A stretch of DNA of 64,000 bases from Bdellovibrionales bacterium (GCA_965199825.1 OZ241329.1:1440001-1504000); one strand, 5' to 3'; positions 19,167 through 28,778 are shown, counted from the stretch's first letter. Numbers and translations: made by a program. The notes: generated by a model not told the origin, from the sequence alone.

Positions 19167-20261
19167 ATGGATGGACCTCGCGCTCCTCAAGAAACCGAAT
19201 GGCCCCGAGTTGTTGACTTTCTTAATTCATCTTTAAGAAAGGGACTTTCGTGGTCGATTACCGATGAATATCCATTGGCCCTTCACCCATCAAATTTATT
19301 TAATGTCCGCATCATTACCGATGATCAAAAAATACTCTCGCATGCGGTGCTTAAATATATTTTGATTAAAACACCCATCGGTTTTTTTAAGGTGGCAGCC
19401 ATTGGCAGTGTTGTCACCTCGGAAGCCCACCGTGGGCAAGGTTTATCTCAAGCCATTTTGGATGATTGTATAAAGGCCGCAACCACTGCGGGTTGTGACT
19501 TTGCGGTGTTATGGACAGATCTGTTTGAATTTTATCGAAAGCTTGGATTTGAACTTGCGGGTCGAGAGGTCAGTCTTGTTCTTGATAAAAGTTTAAATTT
19601 ACCAAACAAGCCAGCTTTAAAAATTTTAGAATCTACTCAAGTTTCGGTCGATGCATTGATGCGTCTTTATGCCCAACACACAGTGGGCAGCATTCGCACA
19701 GCTGAGGATCTAAAAAAAAATCTGACAATACCTGGTTCGCGACTATTTACTGCCTGGGACGAAAATAATATTTTGCAGGCCTATGCTGTAGAGGGCAAAG
19801 GCGTGGATCTAAAAAATTACATTCACGAGTGGGGTGGTGGAGTCTCAAAACTTTTACCGCTGTTTGAACATATTCGGCAATTGCTCGGTGGTAAAATCAC
19901 AATCCTTGCTCCGGCCCATGCTACAAATTTGCTCAACAAAATGAAGGAGCAAAATGTTTTTAGGCATGATGGTTATTTGGGAATGCTTAAAATTCTGCAC
20001 CAGGATAATCTGATCGCAAAAGTAAAGCGCTATGCGCGCTCAAAGGGATTTGAAGATTTGGTTCTTGAGATTACTGATAAGGGATTAAAATTGGGCAGTA
20101 AAACATCAACCATGTTGCTACCAAATTGTCGCGACTGGACCAGGCTTTATTTTGGTCCCTTTGATACAAAAGATGTCGCTGGTCTTGATGCGGTCACATT
20201 AAATATTTTGGCTCAGATTTTTCCAATTCCTATGTGGATTTGGGGTTGGGATTCCGTTTGA
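19167..20261 (+). CDS. GNAT acetyltransferase, Eis-like tandem GNAT
   Basis: IGSVVTSEAHRGQGLS acetyl-CoA motif and FYRKLGFE. Confidence 0.8.
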   Translation: MDGPRAPQETEWPRVVDFLNSSLRKGLSWSITDEYPLALHPSNLFNVRIITDDQKILSHAVLKYILIKTPIGFFKVAAIGSVVTSEAHRGQGLSQAILDDCIKAATTAGCDFAVLWTDLFEFYRKLGFELAGREVSLVLDKSLNLPNKPALKILESTQVSVDALMRLYAQHTVGSIRTAEDLKKNLTIPGSRLFTAWDENNILQAYAVEGKGVDLKNYIHEWGGGVSKLLPLFEHIRQLLGGKITILAPAHATNLLNKMKEQNVFRHDGYLGMLKILHQDNLIAKVKRYARSKGFEDLVLEITDKGLKLGSKTSTMLLPNCRDWTRLYFGPFDTKDVAGLDAVTLNILAQIFPIPMWIWGWDSV

Positions 20262-20854
20262 AGTGGCTGGTGTTTTTAAGTGTATTTATTTGTGCATGCG
20301 GCAGTGGTCGAGCACCCAAGTTGAATACTCAGCAAAGATCTTTGCTTGGTCCGGCTGTAAGAGCCCAAGAAATTGAAGTGCCCATTGAGTATCATGTGGG
20401 AGATGTTGCAAAGTTTGAAATCACCAAACAGGTTGAAGGCCAACCTGAAGAAAGTATCGAAAAACGAACCATCGAAATTTTGAGTGTGAGTAAAGACCAA
20501 CTTGTTGTGCATCTCTTGATAACCAAAGAACGGATGATCCGAGGACAGCTCGATGTCTTAAGCTTTGAGACCAAAAAAATTAGAATGAGCACAGAGCAAA
20601 GGACTTATCACAATTTAAATCGAACCGAAATTACTTCGGACATGGATGTGTGTCGAGGTTGCTCAGCTGTAGAGATGCACTACACCACGGCTAAATGGTT
20701 TGATCACGAAAGTTACGAAAAGAGTGATTGGCACGTGATAGTCGCCAATGAACTTCCTTCGTTCGCAAGACAGCTTTTGAGTTGTCAAACTCGTGAGATT
20801 GATTCGAAGCCCACGAGGCAATGCCAAAAGCTGATCAGCTTTCACGCGGCTTAA
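20258..20854 (+). CDS. Hypothetical lipoprotein
   Basis: Lipobox-like FICAC; TTG start overlaps the GNAT stop codon. Confidence 0.6.
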   Translation: MKWLVFLSVFICACGSGRAPKLNTQQRSLLGPAVRAQEIEVPIEYHVGDVAKFEITKQVEGQPEESIEKRTIEILSVSKDQLVVHLLITKERMIRGQLDVLSFETKKIRMSTEQRTYHNLNRTEITSDMDVCRGCSAVEMHYTTAKWFDHESYEKSDWHVIVANELPSFARQLLSCQTREIDSKPTRQCQKLISFHAA

Positions 20855-21500
20855 ATAATTTTTTTTTGTGTTCAGGATTAAACCAGAGTTTTTTAAATAG
20901 GTTTTTTTCCTGGTCTATTGTGTTGAGCCGAGCGGTTGTTGGATGTTGTTCAAGCCAAGAGCAAGCGCGATCAGAAATAACATTCTCTGGTAAAATCTGA
21001 TCCACAAGTCCGATATGTTGAGCTTCATAAGCATCAAAAGTTCGCGCCGAGGAAAGAAGCTCGATCGTTTTCACATTTGTTAATCGTTCAGTAAGCCTTT
21101 GCCCTCCACCCCAACCAGGCGAGAGTCCCACGCGCCGTTGCCAAAGACCAAAAAAGGCATGAGGCACACTGTAGATTTGATCAAAACAACTGATCAATTC
21201 GATGCCTCCACCAAAGCAGTCGCCGGTGATCACACAAACTTTTGGTTTATTTAAATTTTTAAGCTGTTTTAGTATTTTTGCGATTTCAGCATTGAGCAAA
21301 AGACCTTGGCTTTTTGTTTTTAAAGACGAATAGGCTTTAAGATCGCCACCGGCGCAAAATGTTTTTTGTCCAATTTCTCCGCTCAATAACAAACCTGAAT
21401 AGTTTTTTTGATGGATTGATTTCAACAAAAAACGAGCATCTTCAATACCAAAACTTGAGCCTCGTTCTGGATTGGAGAATTTAAAATGCAAAACACTCAC
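20835..21500 (-). CDS. Crotonase superfamily protein (enoyl-CoA hydratase / ECHDC1-like)
   Basis: FCAGGDL, GGGIEL, GLSPGWGG, EAQHIGLVD. Confidence 0.85.
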   Translation of the reverse strand: MSVLHFKFSNPERGSSFGIEDARFLLKSIHQKNYSGLLLSGEIGQKTFCAGGDLKAYSSLKTKSQGLLLNAEIAKILKQLKNLNKPKVCVITGDCFGGGIELISCFDQIYSVPHAFFGLWQRRVGLSPGWGGGQRLTERLTNVKTIELLSSARTFDAYEAQHIGLVDQILPENVISDRACSWLEQHPTTARLNTIDQEKNLFKKLWFNPEHKKKLFKPRES

Positions 21501-22183
21501 AGTTTTTCCATCAATTGGCGATAGATGTCTGAGCTTTTAACAAACTTCATTCCCACACCTGGGCCACCGGAATACATTCCTTTTCGGGTGACCCAGATGA
21601 CTCGAGCATTGAGCGAGTAGGTTCGACCATTTTTCATATCCAGCTGAAGGCGAACAAGATCGCCAATTCCCATTCCGGCAGGTTTTTCTTTAAATTCAAA
21701 ATATGCTCCGCCCTTTGAGAGGTTAAACATTTTTGATGTAAAGGTTGTGCCTAGAGACAGGTCTTCAATCTCGGCCTCTTGCACAGTATCGAATCTTCTA
21801 AATTGCTGCTGATGGAGTGAGCGTTGAACCACAATTTTTCGTGTTATCCCGCAAAGTCCGTTTTCGGTAAATGGTTTTTCGAGCAGATGCATTTTGTGCT
21901 TTTCGATCTGTTCGCGAAAAGGCTCAAGCTGTTCGGGTTGGCTTAAGATCAACATCGGTACCGAAAATCCGACACCACGGAGTTCTCTTAAAAATTGAAT
22001 GTCATCTAGGGAAAATTGATCGACGTCATAAATAAGGGCATGAATGGATCTTGAACTTAACAGATCTTCGGTGTCTCGAGCAGTAAACGAAATCAGAACC
22101 TCGTAGGGCAGTGATTTTTCCAGTTGTGTTTTGATTTGAGACGAAAACTCTACCGATTTGGAATGAAGAACAACTTTTAACAT
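21497..22183 (-). CDS. Receiver-like plus PilZ domain protein
   Basis: N-terminal REC fold (ALIYD, LEKPF); C-terminal PilZ (FRRF, NLSKGGAY, ARVIW, GVGMKF). ATG 22183 follows a GGAAGG RBS. Confidence 0.8.
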   Translation of the reverse strand: MLKVVLHSKSVEFSSQIKTQLEKSLPYEVLISFTARDTEDLLSSRSIHALIYDVDQFSLDDIQFLRELRGVGFSVPMLILSQPEQLEPFREQIEKHKMHLLEKPFTENGLCGITRKIVVQRSLHQQQFRRFDTVQEAEIEDLSLGTTFTSKMFNLSKGGAYFEFKEKPAGMGIGDLVRLQLDMKNGRTYSLNARVIWVTRKGMYSGGPGVGMKFVKSSDIYRQLMEKL

Positions 22184-22202
22184 AACCTTCCCCCGATAAG
22201 AC

Positions 22203-22230
22203 TTATCGGAGGAAAGTCCTGAAATATTGA
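22203..22230 (-). promoter_or_regulatory. Putative sigma28 (FliA)-type promoter
   Basis: TCAAT-N15-TCCGATAA upstream of the REC-PilZ gene. Confidence 0.5.
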
Positions 22231-22232
22231 TG

Positions 22233-23366
22233 CTATTTTTTGGCGTAAGTGAGGCCGGATTTTCCAACCCATTTGCCACGTGGGCGATAAATACGATTGT
22301 TTTGCCATTGCTCAAAAATATGGGCAAGCCAACCGCTCACTCTTGAGACAGCAAAAATAGGAGTAAAAAGATCGATTGGAATTCCCATGCTGTAATAAAC
22401 GGTGGCCGAATAAAAATCGACATTTGGAAGCAGGCCTTTTTCACTTTGAACCACGTCGTCGATCATTTTTGACATTTGATACCAATGGGCCATTCCGGTT
22501 TTGGCTGTCAGCTGCTCGCTCATTTGGCTTAAGATCTTGGCTCGAGGATCACCGTTTTTGTAAACACGATGTCCAAAGCCCATCACTTTTTTCTTGTTAT
22601 CAAGAGCGTCTTTAATAAATTTTTTGCAGTTTTCGATATTGCCAATATCAAGCAGCATCAACATCACTTGCTCGTTTGCACCACCATGAAGTGGGCCTTT
22701 AAGAGCACTGATTGCCGACACGACCGAGGAGTAAACATCGCTCAATGAAGATGCGGTCACTCGTGCGGCAAAGGCTGAACAATTCAATTCATGATCGGCA
22801 TGAAGAATCAAAGCGGTGTCCATCACCTTTACAAAGTCTGAATCAGGCTCTTTACCAAACAGGGTCCATAAAAAATTATAAGCGATGCTCTGTCCAGATT
22901 TTGGCGAGATAAGGGGTTGGCCTTTGCGTGTGCGCTCAAAGACGCTGACTAAAGTCCCCATCTGCGCGGTCAATCGAATAGCCACACGTTTTTTAGCATC
23001 GGCATCATCAGACTGTGCTTCTGAATCAAAATGCGCGAGTGCCGAAACCGCAGTCCGCATCCAAGCCATGGGATGAACATCTTTTGTAGGGAGTGCTTGC
23101 AAAACTTTAACAGCAGCAGCTGGCAAAGTGATCGACTCACTCAAGGTTGTTTTAAATGTTTGAAGTTCTGTGCTCGAAGGTAGGCGGTCGTTCCACAACA
23201 AATAAATCACTTCTTCAAATGTTGCATGAGCAGCTAAGTCTTCGATGGTGTAACCGCGATAACACAATGTTGTGTCCATGATTGATGAGATGCCTGTCGA
23301 ACATGCGACGACCCCTTCTAATCCTTTATCAATTGCGCCAAAATATTCTGGAATTGCTTCTGCCAT
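22233..23366 (-). CDS. Citrate / 2-methylcitrate synthase (short type)
   Basis: GLEGVVA, YRGY, LHADHELN, GPLHGGANE, MGFGHRVYK, PNVDFYS. Confidence 0.93.
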   Translation of the reverse strand: MAEAIPEYFGAIDKGLEGVVACSTGISSIMDTTLCYRGYTIEDLAAHATFEEVIYLLWNDRLPSSTELQTFKTTLSESITLPAAAVKVLQALPTKDVHPMAWMRTAVSALAHFDSEAQSDDADAKKRVAIRLTAQMGTLVSVFERTRKGQPLISPKSGQSIAYNFLWTLFGKEPDSDFVKVMDTALILHADHELNCSAFAARVTASSLSDVYSSVVSAISALKGPLHGGANEQVMLMLLDIGNIENCKKFIKDALDNKKKVMGFGHRVYKNGDPRAKILSQMSEQLTAKTGMAHWYQMSKMIDDVVQSEKGLLPNVDFYSATVYYSMGIPIDLFTPIFAVSRVSGWLAHIFEQWQNNRIYRPRGKWVGKSGLTYAKK

Positions 23367-23451
23367 GGGTGTTCCTTTTTGATGGTGATTTCAAAATCAT
23401 AACACCGGCTCAATCGCTGCGCAATCCATCCAGACTGAACTCGAATCGAGT

Positions 23452-24345
23452 TTATTTTTTTGCGAGTTTTATCACTCGATCTTTGACTTCAAGTACGACC
23501 AACGTCAGGTCACGCTTGAGCTCTTGGTTGCCACCATACTTTTGTGCTGTGAAGACAATATGGTTTCTGAGTTGATGTACGCCATCACGTGGCCCACGCA
23601 GCACTGTTTTTACCAAACGTTCGATACCAAATGATTCACCTTTTGCATTGGTAATGTCGGTTAATCCCGTTGTACAAAAAATCAAACGGTCGCGAGGATT
23701 AAGTGAGACAATTTGCGATTGAAGCTTTGCTTGAAAGTTTGCGGTGAACTTAGGGGTTTGACCTTCGAGAGTTCGCACAACTCCTGTTTGGGCGTCTTGA
23801 TGAAGTGCAATCACATCACCTGTCCGACAAATTGCCATGTCATATCGCCGACGATCCATAACCGCATAAAGAACACTTGCTGCCGCATCACCCTCAATAT
23901 TTGGGACAAGTTCTTGAGCAAATTTTGAAAGGACCACATGAGGCTCTGCACCTTTTCGTGCTTCCATTTGGCCAGTTAATTTTAGTAACACCGACAAAAA
24001 TAAAGCCGACATCGCGTGACCAGAACTGCTCGCCACAACAATTCCGAATCGCAATCGATCATCGTGTTCGAAAATATCAAAGTAATCCCCGCCGGAGATC
24101 ATTGATGGAATAAATTGAGTGCTAAATTCAAACCCAGGAATATTTGAAAACTCTGTGGGTAATAAAAGTTTCTGAATAAGGTGCGCGGATTTAAGCTCTT
24201 GCGAAATTTGATCGATCAAACGTTCAAGTTTAGCATTCGCTTTGGTGAGTTCGGTTCGGTATTGAGCCAAGTCACTTTCGCGTTCGGACAATTCGATTTC
24301 TAATTCTTCAATGCGGGCGCGCATGCGGATGGGATCGTCTTCCAT
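23452..24345 (-). CDS. Coiled-coil plus SpoIIE/RsbU-type PP2C domain (degenerate active site)
   Basis: ELKSAHLIQKLLLP, SGGDYFD, SGH, NAKGESFG, DLTLVV. Confidence 0.85.
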   Translation of the reverse strand: MEDDPIRMRARIEELEIELSERESDLAQYRTELTKANAKLERLIDQISQELKSAHLIQKLLLPTEFSNIPGFEFSTQFIPSMISGGDYFDIFEHDDRLRFGIVVASSSGHAMSALFLSVLLKLTGQMEARKGAEPHVVLSKFAQELVPNIEGDAAASVLYAVMDRRRYDMAICRTGDVIALHQDAQTGVVRTLEGQTPKFTANFQAKLQSQIVSLNPRDRLIFCTTGLTDITNAKGESFGIERLVKTVLRGPRDGVHQLRNHIVFTAQKYGGNQELKRDLTLVVLEVKDRVIKLAKK

Positions 24346-24418
24346 AGCGGCGATGATAGCTGCTGCGCATTGCAATAGATAGTTGAAATAATTACACGTA
24401 TAGTCTAACTCTTTGATT

Positions 24419-25276
24419 ATGCATCTAGAAAGCCGAATGACCTGGGAAAAACTGGCCATCGAGCTTGAGCTCATGACGAAAGAAGATCCGATCAGTTTGG
24501 TTCCTGTTTTGATCGGTCTGAATTCGTTATTGGAAACTCAAGATTGCCAGGACTGGTGTGTTCGCCAAGTCAATTTTATGAGTTTCGAATTGCAATCGCG
24601 AGCGGTCACCTTAAGCGAATTCGAGCGATTTGAATTGCTCAACCAATATCTGTTTCGCGAAAAAGCTTTTCAAATTGTGGACGGTTTTACCCACCAAGAT
24701 GATTTACTGGTTAAAAGTGTTTTGGATAATAAAAAAGGTTCGGCGGTCATCATCGCTCTCCTTTACTTGCATTTCGCAACCGAACTCGATTTGCCAGTTC
24801 ATCTGCTGCAAATCAACCAGCACTTTATGTTAAAGTGGGTTCGCGGAGGTCGAGCAAGTTTTGTTGATCTTGGCAATCAAGGCGCTTTACTGGGCGAAAG
24901 CGAAATGCTTGGATTACTCAATCGCTCGCATGCCGCAGATCCTCGTTTAGAACTTTTAGAATCGTGGAAATCCCATGAAGTGGTTCGGAGTTATGTGCAA
25001 GAGTTGATAAAGATGTTTGAAAAGGAGAGGTTTATTAAAGGAATCCACACCTGTCTCAATGTGCTGATACAGCTTGAACCTACCAATTTGCATTTTTTGA
25101 GTCGGCGAGCATTGCTCAGACAAAAAATGGGAATGATTAAAGAAGCGATGTCAGACCTTAAACGGTTTTTTTCATTTGTAGAGCAATCACGAGCGCCGCA
25201 TGAAATTCAGGTGGCTTTTTTTGAGTTGCAAGCTTTGCTCGACGAAACACCTTCACTGAGCGACACTGTTCATTAA
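24419..25276 (+). CDS. SirB1/YchA-like transglutaminase-core plus TPR protein
   Basis: LNQYLF, SVLDNKKG...LLY, HFMLK, C-terminal TPR (RRALL...AMSDLKRF). Confidence 0.8.
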   Translation: MHLESRMTWEKLAIELELMTKEDPISLVPVLIGLNSLLETQDCQDWCVRQVNFMSFELQSRAVTLSEFERFELLNQYLFREKAFQIVDGFTHQDDLLVKSVLDNKKGSAVIIALLYLHFATELDLPVHLLQINQHFMLKWVRGGRASFVDLGNQGALLGESEMLGLLNRSHAADPRLELLESWKSHEVVRSYVQELIKMFEKERFIKGIHTCLNVLIQLEPTNLHFLSRRALLRQKMGMIKEAMSDLKRFFSFVEQSRAPHEIQVAFFELQALLDETPSLSDTVH

Positions 25277-25614
25277 TGAAACTCCTATTTGTTTTTTTAT
25301 TTGTTGCACAGGTTTGTCAGGCGGTTCCCCGCGAGACCGCAAAAAACTCTCTAGACCAACGCTTTCAACCCATTATTATGGGCGCACTTGGCGGCACGGT
25401 TGTGGGCTTAAGCACTTTGCCTTTTTATGGTAGGCCCCAAGAGCGTTTAGGCAATGTGTTTTATGGTCTCGCCCTCGGCTTATTTATCGGCACAGGGTAT
25501 TCCATCGTTCACGCTGCCCAACGCGATTTTAATAAATATGGAGAGCAAGAAGTTCCAGAGCGTGATGCCTATGACAAAGGCCTCCAGATATTTTCATACA
25601 ATTTTAGTTTTTAA
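25276..25614 (+). CDS. Small exported/membrane hypothetical protein
   Basis: Signal peptide, two Gly-rich hydrophobic helices, ends YNFSF. Confidence 0.6.
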   Translation: MKLLFVFLFVAQVCQAVPRETAKNSLDQRFQPIIMGALGGTVVGLSTLPFYGRPQERLGNVFYGLALGLFIGTGYSIVHAAQRDFNKYGEQEVPERDAYDKGLQIFSYNFSF

Positions 25615-26209
25615 TAAAAACATCGTAGCGTACCAGAGATCCGTAAACGGTATGTCGAGGCGGCCATGAAAGCTCCGGGCTTGATCTTGGTCTTTTGACC
25701 ACCACCTTTTTGATTTCACTTTTGAGAGCAAGCTCGATCAATTCGTCACCAGTGTTTTTGGGAACCAGGCGTTGCAGCAACTGAATTTCTTTTGAAGACA
25801 AAGCGGTTTTTTTTAAATCTGGAAACATAGGATCAAGATAAACCGCATCGAATGTGGGATCGAAGTAGTCTCTGGCATTGCCACACAAAACCTGTACCGA
25901 ACCTTTAAGACTAAGCAGTTGAGAATTAAAAAATCTGCGAAAGCCGTCATGGGTTAATTCAAAAATAATTTCTGATTTTTCAATCCCAGTTACCTCTGCA
26001 CCAAGGCCAGCTAAATAAAAACAGTCTTTTCCCCAGCCCAAAGTTGCGTCTAAGATTTTGTTACTTTTTTGAAAGGCCCGGGCCAATGGATCTTGCTTGG
26101 AAAATCCGCGTTTAAAGCGATACAAATTTTTTGAACTTAAAAAATCCACATTAAATGAGTTATCACCCTCATACAATTCCAACCGATCATCAACAAATCG
26201 CAGTTTCAA
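25604..26209 (-). CDS. rsmJ: 16S rRNA m2G1516 methyltransferase RsmJ-like
   Basis: ILDATLGWGKD, VYLDPMFP, KVVVKRP, RYDVF. Confidence 0.85.
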   Translation of the reverse strand: MKLRFVDDRLELYEGDNSFNVDFLSSKNLYRFKRGFSKQDPLARAFQKSNKILDATLGWGKDCFYLAGLGAEVTGIEKSEIIFELTHDGFRRFFNSQLLSLKGSVQVLCGNARDYFDPTFDAVYLDPMFPDLKKTALSSKEIQLLQRLVPKNTGDELIELALKSEIKKVVVKRPRSSPELSWPPRHTVYGSLVRYDVFIKN

Positions 26210-27286
26210 TCAAGTATCCAAATAAAGTGTGAGAACAAAAGCAGGTAAGCCCAGAGTAAGCCAAAATAAAAAATGGCGGGCAAGCCCAATACGGTTTGAA
26301 GACAGAGGCGAGCGCATGCGCCAAATCCGCTGACCAACCAAAAATGAAAATCCAATCAAGACAGTCACAGGAGCAAGCCAAAGAATCGGTTTTTGAAACC
26401 AATACGCAAACGAAATCCAAACCAAACAAAATGAGATAAGCTGAAATATCAAAAATGATTTTGCCTGATCAAAACCCAGTCGCGACAAAAAGGTGCCCGA
26501 GCGAACAAGGCCATCGGCAAATAAATTTTCAAAACTTTTAAATTGAAAAACCACCACCGCAAGCCATCCCCACAAAATTCCGAGATGAAAAACCTCGGGA
26601 GGTGCAGTGCCCGCAATGGCTAATGAAAAGGTTGAGGTCAACAAAGGGCCAAAACAGATAAAAATCAAAAAATCGCCTACGCCGTGATACTTCAATCCAA
26701 AATAGCGGTGGCAAAACCCGAGTATAGAAAGCGGAGCAAGGGGCGCCAACACCCAAACATAAAATGTTGAGGCCATAACAAGCGGGATACCCACCAAAAA
26801 TCCGGTTACAATCATCAAAGTCCCAAAGCTTTTTGCAAACTGAGCGGTAATAAAACCTTTTTCGATAATCTGACTGCCACGACGTGCGGAGACCGCATCA
26901 ATCCCGCGCAAATGATCTGAATAATCATTCAAAAAAAACACCGCAGAATGAAAAAACAAGATGGCAAAAATAGCATAGCCCACTTTTAGAAAAGAAAATC
27001 CTTGGTCATGAAAACTCAAAACAAAACAGGTGGAGATAATTGGATTGAGGCAAAGCGGCAAAAGATCGAGACGCGCCCCTTTTACAAAAATCTTTAAAAA
27101 TGAGGGCGTTTGTATTTTTAGTTTTTCGGTAAGCTCAAAGGTGAGTGTGGGATGGCCGCCTTCGCCGCGTGATAGTTCGGCTTGTCTTAAGGAAGGTACA
27201 AGGCGTGCACGAAGATTTAAATCAAAGGTACCCAAAAGATAAGACTCAAGCCGAGGATCATCTTTGTTTAATGTGATGTATTTCAT
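26210..27286 (-). CDS. menA: UbiA-family prenyltransferase, MenA-like
   Basis: NDYSDHLRGID, LKYHGVGDFLIFICFGPL, multiple TM helices; ATGA overlap with ispB. Confidence 0.75.
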   Translation of the reverse strand: MKYITLNKDDPRLESYLLGTFDLNLRARLVPSLRQAELSRGEGGHPTLTFELTEKLKIQTPSFLKIFVKGARLDLLPLCLNPIISTCFVLSFHDQGFSFLKVGYAIFAILFFHSAVFFLNDYSDHLRGIDAVSARRGSQIIEKGFITAQFAKSFGTLMIVTGFLVGIPLVMASTFYVWVLAPLAPLSILGFCHRYFGLKYHGVGDFLIFICFGPLLTSTFSLAIAGTAPPEVFHLGILWGWLAVVVFQFKSFENLFADGLVRSGTFLSRLGFDQAKSFLIFQLISFCLVWISFAYWFQKPILWLAPVTVLIGFSFLVGQRIWRMRSPLSSNRIGLARHFLFWLTLGLPAFVLTLYLDT

Positions 27287-28224
27287 TTTCGCCAATACAG
27301 CGGTGTAGGAAGCTGACTTAAATCTTTAATCAATGACTTTTGTTTATCTGGCAAAAGTAATTTTAAGTTTTCTAGATAATGAAAATAAAGATCAATCTGA
27401 TTTTGATTCATTTGATCAAACTCTTTGAGGTCTTTATCAAATTGCTCCTTGGTGAAAAATTCCAGAACCTCAGGGAGCGTGGTCAAAGTTCTAAATTTTT
27501 CGCGTTCAACAGGAGTGAGGTTTCTTGCCAAAAATGCGGCAAATGAATTGAGATATCCTGATTTTAAATCACCAAGAACCGCTTTTTTTTCAGAGTTTCG
27601 AATATCAAAATCAAGGAGATCATCTGAGCGCTGAAACAGGAGGCCAAGAATTCCGCCGAGCTCATCAAGCAAGCGGTAAAGTTCAGATTGAGATTGATCA
27701 AGACATAAAAACGGAGCCTTCAAGCACCACTTAAACAATGAAGCAGTTTTCAAATTGTGAACTTGATCCAACGTCTCAAGGCCAACTTCCCAATCATTGA
27801 TTAATGAGTCTTGAATCCATTCGCCTTCTAACAAATCAGAAATTATTTCGGCAGTGTATTGAATGAGTTTAAGATTTCCAAACCGCGAAAGATTCACCAT
27901 CACGCGCGCAAGCAAATAATCTCCTGCAAGCACAGCGTACTCGGGAGAGTATTTAAGCCAAGCCGCGGGCTTACTGCGCCTCAAAGGGGAGCGATCAACC
28001 AAATCATCATGGAGCAAAGAAGCATTATGGATAAATTCAATGGTTTGGCAAAGAAGTTGGGCTTGTGACGAAGTCAGATGAAGATGCCCACCCACCATTT
28101 GGATCAACTTTGACCGAAAGCCCTTACCCGATGAGAACAGATCATCATAAAGAGCGTTGAGCTTTGGAAGATAAGCCGGAAAGTCATCCTTACTGAAAAT
28201 TTTGAGTTCTTTGTACTTTTTCAT
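27283..28224 (-). CDS. ispB: Long-chain polyprenyl diphosphate synthase
   Basis: GKGFR, IHNASLLHDDLVD..RR, AVLAGDYL, KTASLF, FQRSDDLLD. Confidence 0.88.
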   Translation of the reverse strand: MKKYKELKIFSKDDFPAYLPKLNALYDDLFSSGKGFRSKLIQMVGGHLHLTSSQAQLLCQTIEFIHNASLLHDDLVDRSPLRRSKPAAWLKYSPEYAVLAGDYLLARVMVNLSRFGNLKLIQYTAEIISDLLEGEWIQDSLINDWEVGLETLDQVHNLKTASLFKWCLKAPFLCLDQSQSELYRLLDELGGILGLLFQRSDDLLDFDIRNSEKKAVLGDLKSGYLNSFAAFLARNLTPVEREKFRTLTTLPEVLEFFTKEQFDKDLKEFDQMNQNQIDLYFHYLENLKLLLPDKQKSLIKDLSQLPTPLYWRK

Positions 28225-28248
28225 CAAAGTTCAGTAACCTATCAAAGT

Positions 28249-28668
28249 ATGTTTAAGACCACAATCTTTGCCCATTTTGATCGCTGTGATCCCGCAGGAA
28301 TTTTATTCTACGGAAATTATGCAATCCTCGGTCATCAGGTTCTCGAACAATACATTCCGGCGCTAGGAATTTCTTGGTCTGAGTGGTTTGAGAATAAGAA
28401 TTTTGGTGTTCCGATCCGTAAACTTGATGTCGACTACTTGAGGTCCATTTTCGCTGGACGGCAATATGTGGCACTAGCCCAAGTTGGTACCGTTAAAAAT
28501 TCTTCGGTGGAATTTGTGGTAGAGTTTGCTGAGCCTGGCGGCGAAATTTGCGCGCGTATCAATTCGATCCATGTTTTTGTAGATCTCACCACAGCCAAAA
28601 AAATGATGATTCCTCCGCTCATTAAAGAGCTGTTACAAAAAGGCGTGCACGAAGGTAGTAAAGCTTAG
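28249..28668 (+). CDS. Hotdog-fold acyl-CoA thioesterase (4HBT family)
   Basis: FDRCDPAGILFYGNY motif and HVFVD. Confidence 0.85.
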   Translation: MFKTTIFAHFDRCDPAGILFYGNYAILGHQVLEQYIPALGISWSEWFENKNFGVPIRKLDVDYLRSIFAGRQYVALAQVGTVKNSSVEFVVEFAEPGGEICARINSIHVFVDLTTAKKMMIPPLIKELLQKGVHEGSKA

Positions 28669-28749
28669 TCTCAATTTGATAAAGTGTGCTGATTTTTAAT
28701 AAGTGTCACAATCCTCTACATCTTAAGCTCCTTTAAAACTCCTGGCGGC

Positions 28750-28764
28750 TGGAATGTGCTTTGC
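28750..28764 (+). promoter_or_regulatory. Putative sigma54 promoter
   Basis: TGGAATGTGCTTTGC, 14 nt before ATG 28779. Confidence 0.6.
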
Positions 28765-28778
28765 GCTGTGAGTAGCAT

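Noticed and set aside
22184..24474. Long N-terminal extensions of ORFs 21497..22327 and 23452..24474
   Set aside because: They overlap neighbouring genes; internal ATGs at 22183 and 24345 have better signals and domain boundaries.
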